Notes: generated from the sequence alone by a model not told the origin. A stretch of 64,000 nt of DNA from Lachnospiraceae bacterium (GCA_045605685.1 JAZUQL010000085.1:68018-132017); one strand, 5' to 3'; shown: positions 43,486-53,278, counted from the first letter of the stretch. Made by a program: numbers and translations.

Positions 43486-45490
43486 ATTTTGCCGGCTTTA
43501 GAACGAATAATCGCACTTCCGGGCATGAAAGTGAAAACTCAAGTGTTAGAGTATTATTTTTGCTATATAAATACTGCTTGTGGAGCGGTGGAGTAGAAAG
43601 TGAAATCAGAGTGTCAATCTCGTTTGGAGATTGTGGTGTAATTCCGCCCATTGCAATCCATTTTTCATAACTGCTTCCATTCTGATGGTTGATATACATT
43701 TCTGATAGAAGATATTTTTCACACTCTACGTCATGTAATTCGATTATGTAGTTTGAAATACTGATAGCATCCGTTGTCTGAAATAATAGAAGTTGGTAGC
43801 TGTCTTCTTTTTTTGTGATCAGCCAATTGTCGCCGCTGTCAACAAGTTCGTTACTTAGGTGTTTAAACAGAGATAGAACCTGATAACTTGCTTTTGGCAC
43901 ATTGTTATAAGTAAACAATCCGTTTCCGTTATGATATATAGTATTAGAAATCGGGGTGTCCAATAAGGTAAATGGAATAATAACATTGCCGGAAGTTAAA
44001 CTTTCTAATATAGTCTGGGCAATATAGCAGCTGACATCGCAAGTATCATAGACAATGTCCTCCGGTGTTATAAGAACAATTGGCTGCTCTTTGGTAGGGA
44101 GAATTGTTGTAGGGTTTGCTTCAAATAAGTTTAGGGTTTGTTGATAAAACGGGCAATGTTTGTCAGCAGAAAAAATCCAGGTTGAAATTTCATCCTTACC
44201 GTATCGGTCTTTTAACTGAAGTAGAAAATCTGATATTTTATGTTCCCATGTATCAGCAGAAGTGATTTTTAAGTCCTGAGAACGGAATAGGATAAAGGGC
44301 TTTAAGTTTATTGATAGCAGGTAATCTATAATCTGTTCTTTGTAAGGAGAATATTCATCCAGAAGCAGACCTTGACAGTAAATATGGGTATAGGAAAGCT
44401 CCTTTTTTAATTTTGCAAGCAAATTTTGTGTATTACCCATGAGAAACTGTTGTGTATCAATTGAAAACAAAGGTTTGTTCCATAATGGATTAAGGTGCGC
44501 AGTAGTTTTTGTGATGGAACAAGAAATGATTTTTTGCGGGTAATGTTGTCTTTCAGAATAGCTGATCGTGTTGTGAAATTCCCCAAATAGATAGAAATAA
44601 TCTTCCGCCGGTAATGTTTCGTAAGAAGCATTCTGATTCATTTTGTCTCTGGTTAAGTTCGGGCTGTGAAGCTGAAAATTCCGGCGATATACACTTGGGA
44701 GGCAATCGTATTGTTTTTTAAAAATCTGAACAAAAGAATGTGCACCGCTAAAGCCATTGTTTAATGCGATTTGCTCGATGGCAAGATCGGTTGAAAGCAA
44801 ATCATTAACTGCGTGGTGCAATCTTATCTTATTTAAATACATTAAAAAAGTCGTGCCGAATTGTTTGTCAAAAAAGCGCGATAAATACGGGACTGATAAA
44901 TGAACTTGCTTTGCCAAAAAAGAAAGTGTGATTTCAGAAGCGTAGTGTTTGTCAATGATATCGACAATCTGTGTCACACGTTCTTTGTTTTTATTTGATC
45001 TGGAAACAACCGTGATATCGGATTCTGTCTTGAAATTAGCCAATAGCGTGTGCATAATCTCATAAGCAATTGACTTTTCGTGTAAATAATGAAACGGAAG
45101 ATTTGCATACTCCGGTTGGAATAAATGAGCAATCACAGTGCGCAGATGGTTGTGAGCATTTGTTTGTATATCGTTTGTCGTATTACAGGTAAAAGTCGGA
45201 AATGGTGGTGTAGAAATCTCTGTTTCAAATAGTGATACATCGAGGTGAATAATAGCAAGGACGCATGATGTGCTATGAAGTTCATGTGTCTCGTTTTTGT
45301 TAATTAGTAAAAGGTCATTTTTGTTCAACTCATAGAAGTGGTCTTCTACAATTACGGAGGCCTTCCCGGACAGGACTAGTATAAGTTCCGGACTGCTGTG
45401 GAAATGGCGTTTTATATGGAATAAGTTGATTAGGGAATAATCGATGAAAGAACTTGAATTAAAGTGAATTACCTCATGCTTTTCTTCCAT
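43484..45490 (-). CDS. AraC-family regulator (cupin + HTH) with ~380-aa extra C-terminal domain
   Basis: N-terminal cupin-like sensor, HTH_18 region (LSVPYLSRFFDKQFG..; GFSGAHSFVQIFKK), then a long uncharacterised domain. Confidence 0.8.
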   Translation of the reverse strand: MEEKHEVIHFNSSSFIDYSLINLFHIKRHFHSSPELILVLSGKASVIVEDHFYELNKNDLLLINKNETHELHSTSCVLAIIHLDVSLFETEISTPPFPTFTCNTTNDIQTNAHNHLRTVIAHLFQPEYANLPFHYLHEKSIAYEIMHTLLANFKTESDITVVSRSNKNKERVTQIVDIIDKHYASEITLSFLAKQVHLSVPYLSRFFDKQFGTTFLMYLNKIRLHHAVNDLLSTDLAIEQIALNNGFSGAHSFVQIFKKQYDCLPSVYRRNFQLHSPNLTRDKMNQNASYETLPAEDYFYLFGEFHNTISYSERQHYPQKIISCSITKTTAHLNPLWNKPLFSIDTQQFLMGNTQNLLAKLKKELSYTHIYCQGLLLDEYSPYKEQIIDYLLSINLKPFILFRSQDLKITSADTWEHKISDFLLQLKDRYGKDEISTWIFSADKHCPFYQQTLNLFEANPTTILPTKEQPIVLITPEDIVYDTCDVSCYIAQTILESLTSGNVIIPFTLLDTPISNTIYHNGNGLFTYNNVPKASYQVLSLFKHLSNELVDSGDNWLITKKEDSYQLLLFQTTDAISISNYIIELHDVECEKYLLSEMYINHQNGSSYEKWIAMGGITPQSPNEIDTLISLSTPPLHKQYLYSKNNTLTLEFSLSCPEVRLFVLKPAK

Positions 45491-45786
45491 TTGACAGAAC
45501 CTCCTGACGCTGAATTTAACTTAAATATAGAATAACAAAAACAGGATAAAAAAACAAGGTAAAAAAGATAAAAAACTGATGAAATATATAAAATGTAAAA
45601 AAACATTAGATTTTAAAGAGAAATAAGTGATAGTTGCATGTATAATTTAGTGGAAAGTTTTAACATCATGTGCAAAATGCACAAAAAGAAAATAAAAACT
45701 TGCGATAAAATGAAATATCTGTTGTGCATATTTGTTAAAAAAGCGAAAAAGTAAAAAATGTGACGCGATTCCGACAAATTGGAAAG

Positions 45787-45815
45787 TTGTTAAACGGGGT
45801 GCAATTTCTTATAAT
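45787..45815 (+). promoter_or_regulatory. Sigma-A-type promoter of the ABC-transporter operon
   Basis: TTGTTA, 17 nt, TATAAT, about 65 nt upstream of ATG 45879. Confidence 0.55.
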
Positions 45816-45878
45816 CTTGATAGTTCGTGTGACTTTGACATGATACGAATATGTATAGATAGGAGCAAGTGGGAAGAT

Positions 45879-47375
45879 ATGAGTGAGCCGATTTTGAAAA
45901 TTAGAGGTATGTCGAAACATTTTGGCTTGACAGTTGCGCTTAATAAAGTTGACTTGGATGTATATCCAGGTGAGATTCGCGGCTTGATTGGTGAAAATGG
46001 TTCAGGAAAAAGTACAATTACTTCCATAGCAGCCGGAATGCAGCCGGCAACAGAAGGTACTATGGAATTTAAAGGTGCTGCGTGGAAACCACATAGCATG
46101 ACTTATGCGTTAGAACATGGTATCGGCATGGTTGTTCAGGAACAGGGAACAATCGGAGGTATTTCGATTGCAGAGAATATCTTCCTAGGCAATATGGATA
46201 AATTTACGACAGGTTTCTTTGTAAGCAGAAAGAAACTGTACAAAGCAGCGAAAGAAGTGTTGGCTTTGGTTGGTATGGAACATATCAATCCGGCTCTGCC
46301 AACTCAGTGCTTGGATTTGCAGGAACGTAAATTAGTAGAGATTGCGAAAGTTATCTCTAAGGACCCGGATATTTTCGTTGTTGACGAGACAACAACCGCA
46401 CTTTCGCAGGATGGACGTCGTAGAGTATATGAGATTATGAAAGAACAGAAGGCAAAAGGCAAGACGGTATTATTTATCTCTCATGACTTGGACGAATTGA
46501 TGGAAACTTGTGACACTTTAACGGTATTGCGAGACGGAAATTTGATTAAGAATTTAACAAAAGAAGAGTTCGAAGAGAATGCAATCAAGCAACTTATGGT
46601 AGGTCGTGAGTTGAAGGGTGATTACTATAGAAGTGATTACGACGGAAGTTATGATGACGAAGTGGTTCTCGAGATTGTGAATGGTAACTATGGAACGAAA
46701 CTCAAGAATATGAACTTAAAGTTACATAGAGGCGAGATTCTTGGAATCGGTGGATTGTCAGATTGTGGAATGCATGATTTGGGCAAAGCATTATTTGGTG
46801 CCATTAAATTACAAAAAGGTGTTGTTCGTACCGGAAGACGCGCTGTAATCAAGAGCGAAAGAATCGCAATGAAGCATAAGATAGGATATGTTTCAAAAGA
46901 CCGTGATGTGGAAGCGTTGAACATGGATGCGAGTATAACAGATAATATTTCAGTTGCAGGATTACACATTGTTCGCGGACATTCGCTGATTACAAAACGG
47001 AAAGAAAGTAGATATGTTAAAAAACAAATAGATTCATTGTCTATCAAGTGTAGAGAAGCAAGACAGTCTGTGGCAGAACTGTCAGGTGGTAACAAACAAA
47101 AAGTTGTGTTTGGAAAATGGATTGGCTGTGGTAGTGAGATTCTAATCTTGGATTGCCCGACGCGAGGTGTTGATATTGGTGTAAAACAGGCAATGTATCA
47201 ATTGATCTACCAGATGAAAAAAGAAGGAAAATCAATTATTATCATATCGGAAGAACTGGCAGAATTAATCGGAATGTGCGACCGCTTGTTGATTATGAAA
47301 GATGGAGCAATAAGTGGAGAAGTGACCAGAAATGAGTCTGTAAATGAATCTTCCGTAATTGGATATATGATTTAG
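45879..47375 (+). CDS. Sugar ABC transporter ATP-binding protein (fused double ATPase, CUT2 type)
   Basis: Two Walker A / signature sets (GENGSGKST; LSGGNKQK). ATG 45879 with an AGGAG RBS is preferred over the 45732 extension. Confidence 0.85.
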   Translation: MSEPILKIRGMSKHFGLTVALNKVDLDVYPGEIRGLIGENGSGKSTITSIAAGMQPATEGTMEFKGAAWKPHSMTYALEHGIGMVVQEQGTIGGISIAENIFLGNMDKFTTGFFVSRKKLYKAAKEVLALVGMEHINPALPTQCLDLQERKLVEIAKVISKDPDIFVVDETTTALSQDGRRRVYEIMKEQKAKGKTVLFISHDLDELMETCDTLTVLRDGNLIKNLTKEEFEENAIKQLMVGRELKGDYYRSDYDGSYDDEVVLEIVNGNYGTKLKNMNLKLHRGEILGIGGLSDCGMHDLGKALFGAIKLQKGVVRTGRRAVIKSERIAMKHKIGYVSKDRDVEALNMDASITDNISVAGLHIVRGHSLITKRKESRYVKKQIDSLSIKCREARQSVAELSGGNKQKVVFGKWIGCGSEILILDCPTRGVDIGVKQAMYQLIYQMKKEGKSIIIISEELAELIGMCDRLLIMKDGAISGEVTRNESVNESSVIGYMI

Positions 47376-47388
47376 GAGGAAGTATAAG

Positions 47389-48339
47389 ATGAAGAAACGT
47401 AATATATCTAGTATAATAATTGAAATAGTGCCGATTTTTGCGTTGGTGGCACTTGCAATTCTTTATGTTGTCTTGTCTGGTGGGAACATCAGAGCTGCGG
47501 TGTTGAAGAATTTGATTAACCAGACAGCGATTACTGCGATTGTATCAACTGGAGCAGTGTTTATCTATACGACTGGAGCGTTTGATATTTCGCTTGGTGC
47601 ATCAACGGCGTTGAGTGCGATATTGGGTGCGATGGCATACAATGAGACGAATTCGCTGGCACTGATGTTTGTTGTAGCAGTTGGTATTGGCGTGATTGTA
47701 TCACTTGTAAACTCATGTTTGGCAGCATTTTTGAACTTGCCTGTATTCGTTACAACAATTGCGATGCTTAGTGTTTTAAATGCGATGAACCAGGTAATTA
47801 TTCTTGGGACAGGTGGAGAATCTATAAAGTTACCACGAGGTGCCACAAAGGCATTGGATACAACATTGTGGAGATTTCTTATTTTAGGTGTATTTATTGC
47901 AATATGCGTATTGATATTTAATTATACTGCTCTTGGTAGAAAAGAGAAGTTTTTGGGTGGCAATCCGGTGTGTGCCAAGTTGACAGGTATTTCGGTAAAA
48001 CTGTTGTCCATTGTGGCATTTGCAATTGCCGGCGTTGGTGTTGGATTGGCTGGATTCCTTACGGTAGTTCGTGCTCCAACAGTTACAAGAACAACTGCAT
48101 CCAGTATAGGTATGGATGTTATTATTGCAATTGTATTTGGTGGAATGCCGGCCTCCGGTGGTTCCAGAAGTAAGATTTTTGCGGCGTTAATCGGAACGGT
48201 TAGTATGGTATTGCTAGGACAGATTATGGTGTTGTTCCGTTTTTCGACAGGTGTAACACAGCTTGTAAAAGCAATCTTGTTCCTGTGTGTTGTAACAGTT
48301 GCAGGACTGAAAGGTCGTAAGCAGTTGCTGACAAGATAA
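47389..48339 (+). CDS. ABC transporter permease (RbsC/BPD_transp_2 type)
   Basis: ~9 TM, TGAFDISLGA motif. Confidence 0.8.
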   Translation: MKKRNISSIIIEIVPIFALVALAILYVVLSGGNIRAAVLKNLINQTAITAIVSTGAVFIYTTGAFDISLGASTALSAILGAMAYNETNSLALMFVVAVGIGVIVSLVNSCLAAFLNLPVFVTTIAMLSVLNAMNQVIILGTGGESIKLPRGATKALDTTLWRFLILGVFIAICVLIFNYTALGRKEKFLGGNPVCAKLTGISVKLLSIVAFAIAGVGVGLAGFLTVVRAPTVTRTTASSIGMDVIIAIVFGGMPASGGSRSKIFAALIGTVSMVLLGQIMVLFRFSTGVTQLVKAILFLCVVTVAGLKGRKQLLTR

Positions 48340-48391
48340 TGAATTTAACATAACATGTTAAAGATATAAAAATTAAGGAGGAGAATTTTTC

Positions 48392-49621
48392 ATGATGAAG
48401 AAATTCAAAAAAGGATTTTCACTTGTTCTTACAGGTGCTATGGCTGTTTCTCTTTTAGCTATGGCTGGCTGTGACAATGGTAGTGAAGGAAGTGGCTCTT
48501 TTAAAGGAGTTGACGAAAAAGTAACAATTGGTGTGTTGGTAGCAGATGATACTGGTGCAGAAGCATTAAGCTTCCGTGCATATTATGAAGAGTATCTTCA
48601 GGAACAGTATAATGTAGAGTTTATGTATTCAGAAAAACTTGAAAATGCTGAGCAGGAAGTAAGTGCTATCGAAAGTTTTGCTACTACTGGATGTGAAGCA
48701 GTAATCTCATTTGCTTCTGCAGACAGAAATACTCAGATTGAAATGTGTGAAGAAAGCCAGATGTATTATGCAGTTGCTACTGGTGTATTAAAAGAAGATG
48801 ATTTTAATGCATATAAAGAGTATGAATATTTTGTAGGTTCTACAGGACCAAGCACAAATATCGAGTTTGAAGCTGGATACGATATGGCTAAATACTTTAT
48901 CGAAGAAGGCGATGACAACTTCTTACTTTATGGTGGTGCAGCAAACTTTGGTGATGAAATGCACGTATATCGTATTGCTGGTATGTTAGCAGCTATGTGT
49001 GAAGCTGATCCGGATGCTAGCTACGACGGAGCAACTGAAAAAGCTGATCTTGCAGCTGCTGTAACAAAAAATGGTGGTGTAGATGCTTCTAAATGGTCTA
49101 GTGATAAGTTCGAAGTAGATTATATTGGTGGATTCCCAGATGGAGATGCATTCTTCGCAAATATTGCTCAGAAAATGGGTGCTTCAGGTCTTCAGACATT
49201 ATTAGCAGTAGACTTAGCAGTAGAATTCTTTGGTGGATTTACTGATGGTAACGATGTTAAATTAGCACAGTGTGGTTCTTATGTAGAATCTATGAAAGAG
49301 CCAATGGAATCTGGTATGGTTACATACCTTGCTGGTAAATTCTCAGCATGTAACGCTCCTATTTTCGTAGCAGTTTTAAATGCTGTAAACGGAAAAGGAA
49401 TCAGAGATAACGGATGTGCATTCTCTGTAGAACAGGGATACTGGGTAGCAACAGATGCTGAAACATTCAACAAATACTATGATGTTTGTAGTTCAACAAC
49501 TGATCCGGTTTACACAAAAGAAATCTTAGATAAATATCTTGCAACAGATGAAGAAGTAACATTTGATGAATTCAAAGCATTTGTTAATGCTTACACATTT
49601 GATGAAATCAGTGCATTATAA
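48392..49621 (+). CDS. Substrate-binding lipoprotein (type I periplasmic-binding fold)
   Basis: Lipobox LLAMAGC. Alternating beta-alpha pattern. Placed inside the ABC operon. Confidence 0.75.
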   Translation: MMKKFKKGFSLVLTGAMAVSLLAMAGCDNGSEGSGSFKGVDEKVTIGVLVADDTGAEALSFRAYYEEYLQEQYNVEFMYSEKLENAEQEVSAIESFATTGCEAVISFASADRNTQIEMCEESQMYYAVATGVLKEDDFNAYKEYEYFVGSTGPSTNIEFEAGYDMAKYFIEEGDDNFLLYGGAANFGDEMHVYRIAGMLAAMCEADPDASYDGATEKADLAAAVTKNGGVDASKWSSDKFEVDYIGGFPDGDAFFANIAQKMGASGLQTLLAVDLAVEFFGGFTDGNDVKLAQCGSYVESMKEPMESGMVTYLAGKFSACNAPIFVAVLNAVNGKGIRDNGCAFSVEQGYWVATDAETFNKYYDVCSSTTDPVYTKEILDKYLATDEEVTFDEFKAFVNAYTFDEISAL

Positions 49622-49638
49622 TTTGATTTAAATATAAT

Positions 49639-49665
49639 AAATGGGGTTGCCTTGCAGCCCCATTT
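49639..49665 (+). other. Intra-operon stem-loop after the binding-protein gene
   Basis: aaatggggttgc-ctt-gcagccccattt, 12-bp stem, no strong U-tract. Confidence 0.6.
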
Positions 49666-49689
49666 ATAAGAAAAGGAAGAAGTGTAATT

Positions 49690-50682
49690 ATGACAGGAAA
49701 GAGCAATATTGTAAAAAGAATATTTGGTATTGTTACCATTCCGGCCCTTGCATTTATTGTTTTCGCAATGCTGGCAGGGATAAAAGAGGGTGCATTTTTA
49801 TTTGGTTCAGGTAGTGATGTGTTGGTTTTTGTGAAATCAGCTGCGTCAGTTACACTTACAACATTTGCTCTCTCAATTAATTTAAATTCAGGAAGATTTG
49901 ATTTTTCACTTGGATCGATATCACTGATGTCTTCTATTATCGCTTGTAAATTGACAATCGATAAAGGGTGGGCACCATGGGTGATGATTGTACTTGCATT
50001 AGTGATTGGTATGGTTGCAGGTTTTGTTTCCGGATTGTTATATGTACTGCTTAGATTACCGGCGATTATTACATCTTTGGGTGTGTCTTTGCTTTATGAA
50101 GCGATTGCATTTATCTTTGCAGATGGTGCGGGAATTGTATTCTCAAATAATAAAGAATATTTATCGCTTGGACAGTCAACGGCTGGAATGATAATTGTAA
50201 CCGTGATTGCATTTGTGTTTATGTTTATTACAATGAACTATACAAAATTCGGTTTGCATTATGCAGCTTTACGAGATGGTCAGAAAGTTTCTGTTAATAC
50301 GGGTATTGCAGAGGTTTGGAATGCGATTGGATGTTATACCATTGCAGGTGTTATGATGGGTCTTGTTGGTGTCATTAGTGCAACATTTACAGGTTCAATT
50401 TTACAGAGTTTGAACTTTGGTTCCATCGGTGTTATGTTTACGGCGTTCTTACCTATGTTTATTGGTGGATTTATTGGAAGATTCAGCGAAGTACATTTTG
50501 GTATTGTATTGGGTGCTGTTACATATGCAATTACACAGATTGGATTCTCAAAATTAGGATTATCTTCTGAACAGCAGGCGTTGTTTAGTGCGGTTATTTT
50601 AGTTTTATTCCTAATTTACTTGAATAATGAAAGAGCAATTGTTTCGCTATTTACCGGAAAGAAGAAGAAGAAAGCGAAATAA
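49690..50682 (+). CDS. ABC transporter permease, second subunit
   Basis: ~9 TM, GRFDFSLGS motif paralogous to 47389-48339. Confidence 0.8.
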   Translation: MTGKSNIVKRIFGIVTIPALAFIVFAMLAGIKEGAFLFGSGSDVLVFVKSAASVTLTTFALSINLNSGRFDFSLGSISLMSSIIACKLTIDKGWAPWVMIVLALVIGMVAGFVSGLLYVLLRLPAIITSLGVSLLYEAIAFIFADGAGIVFSNNKEYLSLGQSTAGMIIVTVIAFVFMFITMNYTKFGLHYAALRDGQKVSVNTGIAEVWNAIGCYTIAGVMMGLVGVISATFTGSILQSLNFGSIGVMFTAFLPMFIGGFIGRFSEVHFGIVLGAVTYAITQIGFSKLGLSSEQQALFSAVILVLFLIYLNNERAIVSLFTGKKKKKAK

Positions 50683-50715
50683 TTTAAAGATATAGAAAGA
50701 ATAGGGCGGTATTCC

Positions 50716-51372
50716 ATGAGTATTAAGGTGGTAATTTTCGAACTAGATGGTGTTTTGTGTCATTTAGAAAGATATCATTACCAGTCTTGGAAACGAATTG
50801 CGGATGAACTTGGTATTCCGTTTTCCAAAGAACAGTACAGAAATTTGCTTGGATTATCTAAGATGAACGCTTTAGATGTATTGCTGAAAGATTATTCTGG
50901 CAATTTGGCACAAGCGGAAAAGGAAATACTTGCCGATGAGAGAATTGCTTATCTGAATGAATCTTATGAAAAGGTATCAGAGAAGGATTGTGATTCTGAT
51001 TTAGAGAAAATATTGCAAGAATTAAGAGGAAGAGGCTACACATTGGCTGTAGCCTCTTCTAATAAAAATACCAGGTTTTTACTCCGGAAAATTAACGTAC
51101 AGGAATATATAGATTATGTTTCAGTGCAAAAAGGCAATAGGAGACTGTGTGAAGAGACACTTTTAAAGATATGTTCTTTGGCACATTGTAGAAGCGATGA
51201 ATGTATTTTTGTAAGTGCCGCGGAGTATGATATTGGGGTGGCAGAAAAAGTAGGTATGTCTTCCGTATTGTGGAATCGGGATTCGGATAACACAATAAAA
51301 GAAGGCAAAAACTCTACAGCGGATATGTTGTTAGAGAATATAGAGAATGAAATACGAAACAAACAGGGGTAG
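50716..51372 (+). CDS. Beta-phosphoglucomutase-like HAD protein with degenerate catalytic motifs
   Basis: Aligns with the 56067 paralog (..FELDGV..YHYQSWK.. vs ..FDLDGV..FHYQAWK..). However, motif I Asp is replaced by Glu, motif III K-P-D is lost, and motif IV ED is replaced by SA. Confidence 0.7.
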   Translation: MSIKVVIFELDGVLCHLERYHYQSWKRIADELGIPFSKEQYRNLLGLSKMNALDVLLKDYSGNLAQAEKEILADERIAYLNESYEKVSEKDCDSDLEKILQELRGRGYTLAVASSNKNTRFLLRKINVQEYIDYVSVQKGNRRLCEETLLKICSLAHCRSDECIFVSAAEYDIGVAEKVGMSSVLWNRDSDNTIKEGKNSTADMLLENIENEIRNKQG

Positions 51373-51376
51373 GTAT

Positions 51377-53278
51377 ATGCAGAAACAAATCGCGGTATTC
51401 ATTTGTGCAATTAGCTTTGATAACCAGAGAAAAGTATTAGAGGGTATATTAAAGTGCGCAAAAGAATATGGGGTAAATGTTTTTGTATTTACCTGCCATG
51501 TTGGTTATATGGAGGCTACTGCAACAAGGCAGGGAGCCTTTAATATTATGAATTTGCCTGATATAGAGAATTTCGATGGAGTAATTATTATGAAAAACTC
51601 CATACAATATGAAAAGGTTACGCAGAAACTGATAAAAAAAATACTAAAGAGCAAAGTTCCGGCAGTAAGTATTGATGTAAAGATAACGGGGATGAAGTAC
51701 ATAGGAATATCAAATTATCAGGCACAAAGAGATATTATTGAACACCTGATTGAAGAGCATCAGATGAGGAGAATTAATTATATTACCGGATCACTATTTT
51801 CGGCTGATGCGGCAGAACGATATCAGGCATATCAGGATGTGATTAATGAAAATGAGATTCCGTATGATCCGAACAGGGTTTATTATGGAAATTACGATAC
51901 AGATACCGGGCGAAAGGCAGTGGAACATTTTTTGTCTGTAGATGCTGTTTTGCCGGATGCGATTGTATGTGCAAATGATTGTATAGCACTAGGTGTGATT
52001 GAGAAAATTGTAGAACATGGATATCGTGTTCCGGAGGATGTTGCTGTAACCGGCTTTGATTGTGATGAAATGGGACAGTCATATATTCCTGCACTGGCGA
52101 CAGTTGATAGGAAACAAGAAGATGTTGGCTATTATGCAACAAAGATGCTTGTTGATGCAGAGAGCACAGAACAAGAATATAACAAAGAAGTAGAGACCCA
52201 ACTGATTTTAGGCGAAAGTTGTGGATGCAAGAGAGAAAAAGAAGAAGACTTTGAAGTGCTTAAGATGAAATATGTACGCCAAAATATTATATTTCAGCAG
52301 GCGGTTGACGCAACAAAGAAGATGGCACTGGATCTTACCGGATTAGAGAATGTCGATGATTTATATGAAGCACTCAAGAAATATGTAATGTTAGCAGACA
52401 TGGAATCATTTTATCTATGCATGTGCGATGAGAACAAGATATTTCATACGCCGGACTTTGATAAGCGCAACAAGGTAAAACTCCAGACAACAAATGAAAA
52501 TTATTCGGAAAAAGTATCTGTTGCAATTGCATATGCAAATGGGAAATTCTATAAACACGATAAAATAAACTCAGGAGAGGTTCTGTCCAGGGATATGATT
52601 TCGGAAGATAAATGGTCATATTATATTGTAGCGCCGGTTTATTTTCGCAATTGTTGCTTTGGATATTGTGTCTCTCAAAATAGCGATTTTGTACTAAAAA
52701 GTGAGTTGTTTTACTCTTGGGTAGTGAACATTGGGATTGGACTTGAAAACATTCGTAAGTATACCCTATTAAATGATGTGGCCACAAAGTTGAATAATAT
52801 GTGGGTATATGATATGCTTACAGGAATATATAATAGAGCTGGTTTTTTTCATTATGCGGAAAGTTTGATGAATGAAATGATAAAAGAGAATGCCAAAGCA
52901 TTCCTGCTCTTTATGGACATGGATGGATTAAAGAAAGTAAACGATTCCTACGGACACGAAGAAGGGGATCGATGCATCTGCACATTAGCAGATGTTCTAC
53001 GAAAAAGTATTCAACCGAATGATTTGTTGATGCGTTATGGAGGCGACGAATTTGTTATTTTTGGCAAATGTGATTCGGAGCAGGAAGTTGAGAACCGTAT
53101 GTATCGAATACACGACGAATTGAATGAAATTAATCGGGATACGACAAGGAAATATCGGGTAGAGACCAGTATTGGAAAGCATTTTTGTAATGCGAAAGAA
53201 ATTGGTGATTTAAATAAAATGATAGAGAATGCTGATAGAAAAATGTATCAGGACAAAATGAAAAAAAGAAAACGATAG
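51377..53278 (+). CDS. Cytoplasmic LacI-type sugar-binding domain / middle domain / GGDEF diguanylate cyclase
   Basis: Peripla_BP-like N-terminal half (IAVFICAIS.., FDGVIIM, VCANDCIALG, VTGFD) without an HTH. C-terminal D.LTG.YNR.. RYGGDEFVIFG. No TM segment. Confidence 0.8.
   Translation: MQKQIAVFICAISFDNQRKVLEGILKCAKEYGVNVFVFTCHVGYMEATATRQGAFNIMNLPDIENFDGVIIMKNSIQYEKVTQKLIKKILKSKVPAVSIDVKITGMKYIGISNYQAQRDIIEHLIEEHQMRRINYITGSLFSADAAERYQAYQDVINENEIPYDPNRVYYGNYDTDTGRKAVEHFLSVDAVLPDAIVCANDCIALGVIEKIVEHGYRVPEDVAVTGFDCDEMGQSYIPALATVDRKQEDVGYYATKMLVDAESTEQEYNKEVETQLILGESCGCKREKEEDFEVLKMKYVRQNIIFQQAVDATKKMALDLTGLENVDDLYEALKKYVMLADMESFYLCMCDENKIFHTPDFDKRNKVKLQTTNENYSEKVSVAIAYANGKFYKHDKINSGEVLSRDMISEDKWSYYIVAPVYFRNCCFGYCVSQNSDFVLKSELFYSWVVNIGIGLENIRKYTLLNDVATKLNNMWVYDMLTGIYNRAGFFHYAESLMNEMIKENAKAFLLFMDMDGLKKVNDSYGHEEGDRCICTLADVLRKSIQPNDLLMRYGGDEFVIFGKCDSEQEVENRMYRIHDELNEINRDTTRKYRVETSIGKHFCNAKEIGDLNKMIENADRKMYQDKMKKRKR

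Noticed and set aside
43461-43670. 69-aa + strand ORF
   Set aside because: It overlaps the bidirectional terminator and the 3' end of the well-supported minus-strand AraC gene.
45732-45878. 49-codon N-terminal extension of the ABC ATPase ORF
   Set aside because: The extension spans the predicted promoter (45787-45815) and has no ABC homology. The canonical N-terminus ..ILKIRGMSKHFG follows ATG 45879, which has an RBS.
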